Origin: a virus
Lineage: Duplodnaviria > Heunggongvirae > Uroviricota > Caudoviricetes
Length of the DNA stretch: 64,000 nucleotides
Virus record (IMG/VR): IMGVR_UViG_3300042868_008486
Coordinates: 108,810-172,809 of that record
Reading direction: 5' to 3' (one strand)
Of this stretch, positions 56,251 through 64,000 are shown in pieces. The notes under the pieces are model-generated. The model had not been told where the DNA came from and made no database searches. It worked only from the letters and a program-made list of their open reading frames with translations. Numbering within the stretch: the first letter of the stretch is position 1; each line of letters opens with the position of its first letter. The position numbers were made by a program, and so were the translations under genes.

Positions 56251-57789
56251 TTATTGAGTTTTTCTACTATAACCCATCAAATGTTGGATTTTAGTGAATT
56301 CTTCATTTAATACTTTAGTTGTCTTTTCAGTAGACTCAAGTTTAATGTTAAGACCATTTCCTGATTCATTATCCGGTCTGTCTGTTATAGGTTGTGTTGC
56401 TTTGTTATATGACTTATTACGAAGTTTAGCGAACTTGTTATCTTTACGTTTTTTATTAAGTTTTTTACCTAAGTCAGTTTCTTCAGCATTTGCCCATTTT
56501 GGGTTATTTCCTGTTTTAGATGAACCTTCGATATTACCTTCCATCCAATCTTCATTTGGTTGAATTTCATCATAATCTAAGTTCTCCATACCAGGTCTCA
56601 TATAATCATCCAAAAACTCATCACCGTCTTTAGACATTGTATAACCTTTTTTAGTCATTTTAGATAATTGTCCGTTATTTTTAGGAAAATGGTTAGGGTT
56701 TTCAGTGTATTCACCTTTAGAACCATCTTTTAAATAATCTTTCATTTTTTTAGTTACAGATTTGATGTAATCATCATTTTCTTTACCCGAACCTTTATGA
56801 GCTTTCTCATATTCAGATAACCCTCTAACTTTACCTCCTGTTGTTTTTAAATCTTCTTTAACGATTGATTCAATTAAATCAATTAATTCAGACTCAGATA
56901 ACTTCAAAGATTCTTTTTTACCCCCTTTATTTTTAGCTTCTTTCGCAGCTTTTTTCATAGGTTCTTTTTTATCGCCATTCTTATTTAAATCTAAGAAATC
57001 AGGTTTACTTTCTTTTGTTTCAGTTTTTTTACCCCTTAACAATTTGAAGTCCTCAGCATCAATCTTATTATTTTTATTCTTGTCTAATTTCTTTTGACCA
57101 CCTTTTAATGACTCATTCAATGATTTACAATTATATCTTTTAATTAAGTCCAAATCAAGTTCATCAGCTTCACCACCTTTACTTTCAATAGTATCTTTAA
57201 CGGCTTTACAACCACCAACATTTTCTTCAGAGTCAAAACCTTCTTCTTCATCCATCATACCATATGAACCACCACACTCGTTACATTCATTCTCATAAAG
57301 ACCACTACCACATTCACATAATCCTGAACCACTTTCATCTAATTCATTTTCAAAATCATCATCTTCGTATTCGAAATCAGAATCATTATCAGAATATTCA
57401 TCAACCCCATCTTCAAAATCAGAATCATCATTACCATAATGTTTCAATAAATCTTCAATATCGTCAGCCGACATCTTTGAAAAGTTTTTACGTCCGAATC
57501 TTGGGTGTCCGTCGTCCATACCACCAAGTTCATTAATTTCCTCATCAAATTCAGAATCGACATCAGAATCATCATCATTATAATTTTTTAATAAGTCAGC
57601 TATCTCATCAGAAGACATTTCTGAAAAGTTTTTACTTCCGAATTTTGGATGACCATCGTCCATACCACCAAGTTCATTAACTTCATTATGTTTTAATCTT
57701 GATACTAAGTTATCCGCTCTTTCCTCCAACGTTTCAGATAAAATTTTACTAACTAAACTATCTATGTTTTTTTGATTATTTTTTCTCAT
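56251..57789 (-). CDS. acidic protein with internal 48-aa duplication and Cys-rich segment
   Basis: NELGGMDDGHP[KR]FG.KNFS.MS.D.I.DLLK.Y..DDSD repeated twice. CECGSGLYENECNECGG. Confidence 0.55.
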   Translation of the reverse strand: MRKNNQKNIDSLVSKILSETLEERADNLVSRLKHNEVNELGGMDDGHPKFGSKNFSEMSSDEIADLLKNYNDDDSDVDSEFDEEINELGGMDDGHPRFGRKNFSKMSADDIEDLLKHYGNDDSDFEDGVDEYSDNDSDFEYEDDDFENELDESGSGLCECGSGLYENECNECGGSYGMMDEEEGFDSEENVGGCKAVKDTIESKGGEADELDLDLIKRYNCKSLNESLKGGQKKLDKNKNNKIDAEDFKLLRGKKTETKESKPDFLDLNKNGDKKEPMKKAAKEAKNKGGKKESLKLSESELIDLIESIVKEDLKTTGGKVRGLSEYEKAHKGSGKENDDYIKSVTKKMKDYLKDGSKGEYTENPNHFPKNNGQLSKMTKKGYTMSKDGDEFLDDYMRPGMENLDYDEIQPNEDWMEGNIEGSSKTGNNPKWANAEETDLGKKLNKKRKDNKFAKLRNKSYNKATQPITDRPDNESGNGLNIKLESTEKTTKVLNEEFTKIQHLMGYSRKTQ

Positions 57790-57796
57790 TGTTTTG

Positions 57797-57815
57797 TTTT
57801 TATAATAAATATTAT
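57797..57815 (-). promoter_or_regulatory. conserved upstream element AATATTTATTATAAAAA
   Basis: 8 nt upstream of the ATG at 57789. Variant of the 37258 and 51744 motif. Confidence 0.4.
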
Positions 57816-57830
57816 GGAATATTCGTTTAT

Positions 57831-58376
57831 TTATTTAGATTTTCTATTTTCATATTCATAAGCAATAATGTTTTTAATTACCGACTCACTTATATTCATT
57901 TTTTTACTAACATTTTTAATCGCGTCCTGCATTTTTTTATCCTCAAATATTTTTAAGGCTTTCATATCACCTTGGTTACAATATGGGAATTTTTTACATT
58001 TAGCTTTAACCTCAACAAATTTACCACCAGGTATTTGTGTTTTCTTATAAGACCTACCTGAACCACGAGTATGATTACCTTTCATTTTAACATCTTCAAA
58101 CCCAGGTGCGTCATACATTCCAACAGATGAGGAACTTGTTGTTTCGTTAGCTTCAACTTTACTAAACAATGGTGCCGAATATCCTCCCGCACTTCCCGAA
58201 CCTGTGGTTTCTTTAGTTTCTGTTTTATCACAAGTCTCACAATCTTCTTCTTCAGTCATATCTGTTGATGATAACTTTCTATTAATCTCACCTGATACCA
58301 TAGCACCTTCAATACCACCTAATTGACCGGCTGAGATTTCATTAAATTTACTTTTTATTTGGTCAGCTATATTCAT
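57831..58376 (-). CDS. hypothetical protein
   Basis: 181-aa ORF. Confidence 0.5.
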   Translation of the reverse strand: MNIADQIKSKFNEISAGQLGGIEGAMVSGEINRKLSSTDMTEEEDCETCDKTETKETTGSGSAGGYSAPLFSKVEANETTSSSSVGMYDAPGFEDVKMKGNHTRGSGRSYKKTQIPGGKFVEVKAKCKKFPYCNQGDMKALKIFEDKKMQDAIKNVSKKMNISESVIKNIIAYEYENRKSK

Positions 58377-58377
58377 A

Positions 58378-58623
58378 TTATGCGTTTCTTAATCTTGGTT
58401 CCCAAGAACTTCTTTGAGTCCACATATAATTGTAAAACTCTCTAAAAACTCTCAACACAACCTCTTTAACATTTCCGTGGATTTTTCCACGATTTATTTC
58501 ATTAGCAATTAGAGTCAATAATTTGTCCTCAAATTGTTTCATTGTGGTACTCCCCACAAAATCCTTGATTTCTTTTCGAATTATTACTTCGATTTCTTTC
58601 TTATCACTCGCCGTTAATGCCAT
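58378..58623 (-). CDS. hypothetical protein
   Basis: 81-aa ORF. Confidence 0.45.
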   Translation of the reverse strand: MALTASDKKEIEVIIRKEIKDFVGSTTMKQFEDKLLTLIANEINRGKIHGNVKEVVLRVFREFYNYMWTQRSSWEPRLRNA

Positions 58624-58624
58624 A

Positions 58625-59236
58625 CTACCATAGTTTAATATAAATACCCCCTTGATATTGAATTGTCTTATTAGGACCTAAACCAACACCAACTGAGAAT
58701 ACTTTATCTTTCTTAGTTTTCATCAATACTGATGGTCCTATTGAAGTAAATCCCGTTTGATTATTCAATCCTAATTGTCCTCCCAAATAAAATTGATTCT
58801 TAGGTAGTTCTTTAACAATTAAAACATCATTAATCTTCATTTTATTAATATGTGAATCCCATACTCGACCCAATATATTATTTCGGAATATCGTATCTGT
58901 TAAAGCTATATAACCTAAACTATCTTTTAATTTTAAAGTGTCTTTATACACCACTTTACTATAATAATCACGGATTACCTCAACGGTGTCGATACGACCC
59001 GGTAATTCAACATAAATCGGAATCTCCTTATATATGGTCTCACCTTTCTTATAAACGGTTTGGATTGTTGGTACATAAACAGTATCCACAGTGTGTTTAA
59101 TTACTTCGTAAGGTTTACCACCAACATAAGTGATTTTGCCAGTATTTACCTCACAAGACCTTAAACACAAAATGGTAATAATAAGACCTATTATTACCAC
59201 CACTTTTAAATCAATATATTTTAAGATTGTTTTCAT
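58625..59236 (-). CDS. N-terminally anchored membrane protein (spanin-like candidate)
   Basis: TM helix VVIIGLIITILCL, then a periplasmic domain. Two genes downstream of the amidase. Confidence 0.4.
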   Translation of the reverse strand: MKTILKYIDLKVVVIIGLIITILCLRSCEVNTGKITYVGGKPYEVIKHTVDTVYVPTIQTVYKKGETIYKEIPIYVELPGRIDTVEVIRDYYSKVVYKDTLKLKDSLGYIALTDTIFRNNILGRVWDSHINKMKINDVLIVKELPKNQFYLGGQLGLNNQTGFTSIGPSVLMKTKKDKVFSVGVGLGPNKTIQYQGGIYIKLW

Positions 59237-59865
59237 TCTTCAGTTTTAATTGTTTTCTTTCTTGAGCCCATTACTTTAGACCATTTAGATTTAAATTTTT
59301 CATAATAAACTTTCAATTTATTTAAGAACACCAAAAATTCATCATCACATTTCATCATATCACCTTCGATATAAACTCCGTTCTCTTCACCGATTGAATA
59401 ATAGAATTCAACCCCGTAATCAATAATTTTTCCTGACCATTCAACATTTTTCGAATAGACATTTAATTTATTGAAGTCAACTAAGTCAGATACCTCAGCA
59501 ATAAATTCATCCATAGTTTCTTGGAACGCAATTTTTTCATCAGTAGTTAATTCTAACTCTGTTTGGTCTTTTCCGTGTAAAACCAGCACACCCCCCGAAA
59601 TTCTGTAAGCTTGTTTTTTATCGTCTTTACTTTCCTCTTTTTCTCCATCTTCTTCATCTGAAGTTTCAGCAGTTTCGTACTCATCATCTTCAATATCATC
59701 CTCAATTGATTTACCAAGATTAAATTTTGAAGTAATATTTTCTTGTTCGGATATTAATCCATATTGGGTTCTGATATTATTAATATCTTCATTTAGTTTT
59801 GTAGTTGTTAATAATGACCTTGAAGCCTTTAACAATCTTTTAATTTCATCGTGTGAATTACCCAT
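59233..59865 (-). CDS. hypothetical acidic protein
   Basis: 210-aa ORF. Confidence 0.45.
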   Translation of the reverse strand: MGNSHDEIKRLLKASRSLLTTTKLNEDINNIRTQYGLISEQENITSKFNLGKSIEDDIEDDEYETAETSDEEDGEKEESKDDKKQAYRISGGVLVLHGKDQTELELTTDEKIAFQETMDEFIAEVSDLVDFNKLNVYSKNVEWSGKIIDYGVEFYYSIGEENGVYIEGDMMKCDDEFLVFLNKLKVYYEKFKSKWSKVMGSRKKTIKTEE

Positions 59866-60460
59866 TTTCTATTTTTTTTGTAAAACTATCAAAACTGAAA
59901 GCCGGACTAACATCAGTAAAATCAACATCGTAATTACTTCTGGTTATCACACCCCCCTGTTTTTGAAAATCCTTTATTTTAGTATTATGACCGATAATTT
60001 GAGAATCGACTGAGGTTTCATCGAATAATTGTTTACATAATTGAACCAACTTTTCTATTTGTGTCTCAGTGTATGGTTGCCAAAAATAATAGTCACGCCA
60101 TTTTCTCTCAAATACCACTCCTTTATAAATATCACCAATCCAGTTAACGTAATAATCTTTTAAGGGTTCTTTTTGAATCCAACCTAAATTTTCTAAACAA
60201 ATTATGATTGACCCCTGATTTATTTTAGTTTCAGGGAAATAATTACTATACTCAGAATTGGTTAGTAATTGTAAAATAACCCCCTCTCGTGTTACCACAT
60301 AATGGGGGATTTTATCGTATTCACCGTTGTAACGGTATTTTAATGATTGTAGATAATCATTTATATTTCTTGAGGTATGGGTAAGAATAATTTGATGTTT
60401 TTTCTTTTGTTTTCCCGTACCTTTAAATTTTCCATATTTTTGAACATCAACCATTGACAC
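59858..60460 (-). CDS. N-acetylmuramoyl-L-alanine amidase (Amidase_2/PGRP-type endolysin)
   Basis: HQIILTHTS...HYVVTREGVILQLL...SIIICLENLG...YTETQIEKLVQL...IIGHN pattern of T7-lysozyme-like amidases. Confidence 0.55.
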   Translation of the reverse strand: MSMVDVQKYGKFKGTGKQKKKHQIILTHTSRNINDYLQSLKYRYNGEYDKIPHYVVTREGVILQLLTNSEYSNYFPETKINQGSIIICLENLGWIQKEPLKDYYVNWIGDIYKGVVFERKWRDYYFWQPYTETQIEKLVQLCKQLFDETSVDSQIIGHNTKIKDFQKQGGVITRSNYDVDFTDVSPAFSFDSFTKKIENG

Positions 60461-60485
60461 ATATATTAAACTTTTATCCTATGTG

Positions 60486-61634
60486 TTAAGATTGTTTCAC
60501 ATAACTAAGTCTTTTAACGTATTCGTCATAAAGAGTTGTTGTGGTTGTAGTATAAACTTCATCACCAATTTCCTCTAATATTTCTCTAACATCATCACTA
60601 ATAGTTTCAGTAGTTTCAATTATTGGTTCTTCATAAACTTCATCCATTGATGATAAAATACTCGTACCGTCAGGAAATTCCATAGGTTGTACTTCAATAA
60701 TTTCATTTACACCCTCATTTACACCCTCATTTACTCCCTCATTTACTCCCTCATTTACTCCCTCATTTACTCCCTCAGTTATTCCCTCAGTTATTCCCTC
60801 AGTTGCTCCCTCAGTTACAGTATCATTTACAGTATCATTTACAGTATCATTTACAGGTTCATTTACAGGTTCATTTACAGGTGAATGACTTTCCTGTAAA
60901 TCAAGATATTCTTCTTCACTCGCAAATGTTTCAATAATAGGTAATGTTGTTGTTTCAGTTATATAAACTTCAGTTTCTATTGGTAATTCTTCTTCAGGTA
61001 ATTCAACCTCACCTGTTTCCTCATCAAAAACAACTTGTTTCTCATTAGATTCATAAACTTCTTTAGTAATCTCATAAGTAGGGTTTATCACAGAATCAGA
61101 CATTAACCCACCATCTTCATCTTCCGTAGGACCTTCAATTTTAGGTTCTTCGATAGTTTCAACTTTAGGTTTATTATCGTCAAATTTAACGAAAAAGTGT
61201 AACGATGTTAATGAAATAATCGGTAATAACCCACCCTCTAAAAATGCTAACCAACGTTTCATCGCCGTTAAATCTGCCGGGTCTGAACCTAATACTTCCC
61301 AAACAGGGGCCGTTAACTCAATCCAAGATTTGAATAACGCTCCGTCAGTATCAACTTCTTTAAATGAGAAAAAGATATTACCTACCATTTGAATAAATGT
61401 TACCAATCCGAACATAAACCAAACCCCACCTTTAATCTTATTTGTGGCAGCAACTAATGCAACCATCGCACCTACCTCAATCGCAATTGATAAGTAAACC
61501 GCCCAACTCAATGGGTTTGCCAAATCATACCAAGACACAACGTGTGATATTGATATAACCGCAACCAATAAAATAGGGATTAAGAACATAAACCTAATAG
61601 GGTTGTCCTTAATCCAATTCCAAATATTTTTCAT
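60486..61634 (-). CDS. membrane protein with acidic tandem-repeat region
   Basis: Four N-terminal TM helices. Repeat block NEPVNEPVNDTVNDTVNDTVTEGATEGITEGITEGVNEGVNEG... Confidence 0.55.
   Translation of the reverse strand: MKNIWNWIKDNPIRFMFLIPILLVAVISISHVVSWYDLANPLSWAVYLSIAIEVGAMVALVAATNKIKGGVWFMFGLVTFIQMVGNIFFSFKEVDTDGALFKSWIELTAPVWEVLGSDPADLTAMKRWLAFLEGGLLPIISLTSLHFFVKFDDNKPKVETIEEPKIEGPTEDEDGGLMSDSVINPTYEITKEVYESNEKQVVFDEETGEVELPEEELPIETEVYITETTTLPIIETFASEEEYLDLQESHSPVNEPVNEPVNDTVNDTVNDTVTEGATEGITEGITEGVNEGVNEGVNEGVNEGVNEGVNEIIEVQPMEFPDGTSILSSMDEVYEEPIIETTETISDDVREILEEIGDEVYTTTTTTLYDEYVKRLSYVKQS
60703..60895. repeat. 15-nt (and 12-nt) in-frame tandem repeats inside a CDS
   Basis: CCCTCATTTAC[AT]C x6, CCCTCAGTTAYT x4, AGTATCATTTAC x3, AGGTTCATTTAC x3. 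All contiguous. Confidence 0.8.
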
Positions 61635-61942
61635 TATTTTGTTAAAGTTTCAATCTCTTTATCAATCTCAGTTTGTCTCGTAACATCCAACATCTTTCTA
61701 TCAGTTGATTGAATCATTCTTTTTTCAGATTTCAACCCTTCGATAGTTAAATCAGTTTTAGTCACCGTAATCACCTCTAAAGAGTCAATTTTTTCAGATA
61801 AAACATCAATACGTTTATTCACGGATTTTGTGGGGTTACCACAAGTGTTTAAGAAAATAGCAAACAATAAGATGAATACTATTTTTTGATAATGTTTTGT
61901 AATAAAGTCATTAATTTTTCCCATAATTTTAATTTTAGTCAT
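61634..61942 (-). CDS. putative lipoprotein
   Basis: VFILLFAIFLNTCGN signal plus lipobox. Confidence 0.45.
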   Translation of the reverse strand: MTKIKIMGKINDFITKHYQKIVFILLFAIFLNTCGNPTKSVNKRIDVLSEKIDSLEVITVTKTDLTIEGLKSEKRMIQSTDRKMLDVTRQTEIDKEIETLTK

Positions 61943-61951
61943 TATAAATGT

Positions 61952-61994
61952 AAAAAACCTTCTATCATAATAAATAGAAGGTTTCTTTTTTTTT
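61952..61994. terminator. bidirectional terminator after sigma factor gene
   Basis: AACCTTCTA-10 nt-TAGAAGGTT with a flanking A-run and T-run. Confidence 0.6.
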
Positions 61995-62796
61995 ACATAT
62001 AGTCAAATAAGACCGAGCTTTCATTTCTGAGTTTCCTCAACGCTTTTTCTTTTATTTGTCTAACACGTTCTTTAGTTAGGTTAAAATCAGTACCAATATC
62101 TTCTAACGTTCGACACGTACCTGTCAATCCAAAATAATCTTCGATGATGACTTTTTCACGTTCATCTAAGATATCTAACAAACCAATTAACTTTGTTTTT
62201 AGAATATCTTGACCATTGAAAACCTCGTCAGGCATCTCAGCTCCCTCGTTTTTAATGATGTCGATTAATGTATCACCCTCATCGTTGATATTCATATCTA
62301 AATCAATTATTGATGGTAGATTTTGGAATTTATCACTTAAATTACCACCTGACGTTTCAATTTCTTTCTTCGCCTTATACAAGTCCTGAACAACATTAAC
62401 AGGTAGTCGGATAGTTCTTGCGTTATCATTTAGTGATTGTAATATAGATTGTCTAACCCACCACACCGCATATGATATAAATCTTAAATTCTTTGACCAA
62501 TCAAAGTTACGGATAGCCTTTAGTAACCCAAAGTTACCCTCATTAATCAAATCAGGTAATGGTAATCCTTGGTTTTGATATTGTTTAGCGACCGTGATAA
62601 CAAAACGTAAGTTACCTTCAACAAGTTCTTGTTCGATGTTACGAATTTGTTTATCAGACAAACCACCTTTCGATATCATTTCAGAGAGTTCTTTTTCTCT
62701 ATCAGGTGTCATTACTTTAATCTTACGGATATCTTTCAAGTAAACTTGAATCTCGTCTTGGTTGATTGGAATTGCCGAATTTTTGTCCTTCATCAT
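61993..62796 (-). CDS. sigma-70 family RNA polymerase sigma factor
   Basis: Region 2 (ISYAVWWVRQSILQSL), region 3 (RTIRLPVNVV), and region 4.2 HTH (TLEDIGTDFNLTKERVRQIKEKALRKLR). Confidence 0.75.
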   Translation of the reverse strand: MMKDKNSAIPINQDEIQVYLKDIRKIKVMTPDREKELSEMISKGGLSDKQIRNIEQELVEGNLRFVITVAKQYQNQGLPLPDLINEGNFGLLKAIRNFDWSKNLRFISYAVWWVRQSILQSLNDNARTIRLPVNVVQDLYKAKKEIETSGGNLSDKFQNLPSIIDLDMNINDEGDTLIDIIKNEGAEMPDEVFNGQDILKTKLIGLLDILDEREKVIIEDYFGLTGTCRTLEDIGTDFNLTKERVRQIKEKALRKLRNESSVLFDYM

Positions 62797-62797
62797 A

Positions 62798-63412
62798 TTA
62801 TTTAATTTGGTTTGAATACTTGTTTAACAAAGATACTTCTTTTTCTGTTAATGACGCTCTACCTTGAGTACTTATTTTATCCAAAATTGAATTAAATACA
62901 TCTTCACTCACAACATCACTAACTTTAATCTCCTTAGTTTTTCTAATTAGTTTAGAGATTTCATCATCATCTTCATCATCACTATATAAACTCATAATGT
63001 CGTCAAACATTTCTTCGCTTATAGAGTTAAAGTCACTCAATTTTCGTTCCGTAAAATTAAAGTCTGACTTTTTGTCAGGGGTTGTGTCACCAAATAAGTG
63101 TGATGATATATCACTTGGTAACCCAAATGACAAGTTGTCAGGTTCATATGGTAATAAAAAGTAAACAGGTTTATCTTCACTTAATATTATATCCATAAAT
63201 TCTTGAACTGATTTCAATGTTTCATCTGTTGAAAACGTAAACACCGAAGCCTCAGGCCCATAATAGAATCTAATGTTAGAACTCTTTGTTAAAATAGCAA
63301 TTTCTTCCGCTATTTCAGTAACGTAATTATCTTGATTTTTACTCTTAACAAACAAAAATAAGATAAACTTAAATTTCATATTCTTAGGTTTCATAACTAC
63401 TATTTTTAACAA
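62798..63412 (-). CDS. hypothetical acidic protein
   Basis: 204-aa ORF. The N-terminal 20 aa may be an over-extension. Confidence 0.45.
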   Translation of the reverse strand: MLKIVVMKPKNMKFKFILFLFVKSKNQDNYVTEIAEEIAILTKSSNIRFYYGPEASVFTFSTDETLKSVQEFMDIILSEDKPVYFLLPYEPDNLSFGLPSDISSHLFGDTTPDKKSDFNFTERKLSDFNSISEEMFDDIMSLYSDDEDDDEISKLIRKTKEIKVSDVVSEDVFNSILDKISTQGRASLTEKEVSLLNKYSNQIK

Positions 63413-63440
63413 AGATAACTAAAAAATCGAATCCAACAAA

Positions 63441-64000
63441 TTATTGGGTAACATAACTAATATTTTCTTCTTTCCTAACTTTAACAACATTATCCGCCCA
63501 ATTTGTAACCATTGGATTGTGCGTAATAACAAATATCTTCTCAAAGTATTCTTTAATCTTAGTAAAGAACTCTGAAACCATATCTAAGTTATCGTTAGAT
63601 ATTTTACCAAACACCTCATCAAAGACAATAATATTTGGTTTAGGTAGTGAACAAATTTTACTCAACACCGCTCTCAACGCTAAGGATGCAATAGTACGTT
63701 CATAACCTGAACCTGACGCGATATTCTTCTCAACCTGAGTATTATTATCAACCATAATAAATTCAACCTCATTCTTATCGTTAATCCTAACTTCTAATCT
63801 GAAATGAGAACTATCTTCAAGTAATCGTTGTAACTCCGAGTTAATCAACGGCATCATAGTTTTCATAATGTGTTTTGAAATCCCATTCTTACCATAAATT
63901 TCCAAGTACAATTTATAAATCTTTTCTTTCTCGGATTCCTCAAGAATTTTTTCAATCTTTTTAAGATTATCAGTAATCTTACCTTCAAGTGTTTCTATTT
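63441..64000 (-). CDS. SbcC/Rad50-like recombination ATPase, C-terminal part (gene continues beyond window)
   Basis: Signature-like SGSGYERTIASLAL, Walker B/D-loop IIVFDEVFGKISNDN, H-loop VITHN. The frame stays open from 63912 to 64000. The track start at 63911 is a TTG. Confidence 0.6.
   Translation of the reverse strand, partial: IETLEGKITDNLKKIEKILEESEKEKIYKLYLEIYGKNGISKHIMKTMMPLINSELQRLLEDSSHFRLEVRINDKNEVEFIMVDNNTQVEKNIASGSGYERTIASLALRAVLSKICSLPKPNIIVFDEVFGKISNDNLDMVSEFFTKIKEYFEKIFVITHNPMVTNWADNVVKVRKEENISYVTQ

Noticed and set aside
60703-60895. Possible CRISPR array (regular short repeats)
   Set aside because: Repeats are contiguous 12-15-nt units with no spacers. They are in-frame and inside a CDS. 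No cas genes.
2146-63705. Numerous 60-160-aa plus-strand ORFs embedded antisense in longer minus-strand genes, plus a few minus-strand ones in alternative frames. The plus-strand set is 2146-2346, 2687-2965, 3097-3321, 4134-4388, 5055-5288, 6246-6428, 7516-7707, 8783-8965, 16034-16300, 25391-25669, 27672-27923, 30245-30493, 31540-31728, 32028-32469, 33127-33339, 33909-34094, 34994-35395, 36261-36443, 40615-40806, 44656-45201, 48140-48706, 49492-49983, 50348-50737, 51182-51487, 55302-55559, 56294-56563, 57264-57536, 57868-58050, 58852-59100, 60687-60884 and 63517-63705. The minus-strand set is 2390-2581, 15494-15721, 19991-20200, 21148-21336, 48804-49019, 53563-53751 and 55289-55477.
   Set aside because: They lie entirely within longer, motif-bearing ORFs, or within the convincing gene train on the other strand. 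Their composition is low-complexity (L/S/F-rich from AT-rich antisense). They show no start/stop coupling.
1-64000. Integrase, attachment site, or transposase indicating a prophage boundary or mobile element
   Set aside because: No tyrosine or serine recombinase or DDE transposase motif was recognised in any ORF. The window looks like the interior of a lytic phage genome.

Overview
The window is AT-rich (roughly 30% GC by eye), densely packed and transcribed almost entirely from the minus strand. Single plus-strand genes are each fenced by hairpin + T-run terminators that are usually bidirectional. The gene content reads as part of a large, probably jumbo, virulent phage. The host is likely a Bacteroidetes/Flavobacteriia-type organism: lipoprotein signals of the LLGLVLGLGLFSC type, a histone H1-like small ORF, and no obvious Shine-Dalgarno sites. 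Host assignment is inference.

Recognisable products:
- An adjacent NAMPT-family gene and PRPP-synthetase-family gene, a pair that is a candidate NARP1-type NAD+ reconstitution (anti-defence) module.
- SmpB, a PTH2-like peptidyl-tRNA hydrolase, and a roughly 4.3-kb array of tRNA-like genes.
- Two DNA methyltransferases, one Dam-like alpha-class and one SPPY beta-class.
- An RmlC-like cupin epimerase and a DHH phosphoesterase.
- Three HAD phosphatases.
- A glutaredoxin and thioredoxin pair, and a DnaJ with an intact zinc finger.
- An SPFH/band-7 protein.
- An RlpA-like DPBB protein, a YkuD-like fold protein and an Amidase_2 endolysin.
- A sigma-70-family factor and the C-terminal half of an SbcC/Rad50-like ATPase that runs off the window edge.
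- Three tandem glycine-rich paralogues upstream of a fibre-like gene.

The most unusual signals:
- A paralogous family of six 110-200-nt tRNA-like RNAs. They share a near-identical tRNA-Leu-like 5' end and canonical T-arm/acceptor ends, but their middles are too long and do not fold as cloverleaves by eye.
- A palindromic TATTTATAAATA / ATATTTATWAATAAAAA motif recurs immediately upstream of at least seven start codons, usually just after a terminator hairpin.
- A roughly 650-nt non-coding segment carries paired 100-nt direct repeats.
- A membrane protein gene contains 15-nt in-frame tandem repeats.

No CRISPR array, integrase or transposase was seen. All product calls come from motifs read by eye in the supplied translations; no database search was run.
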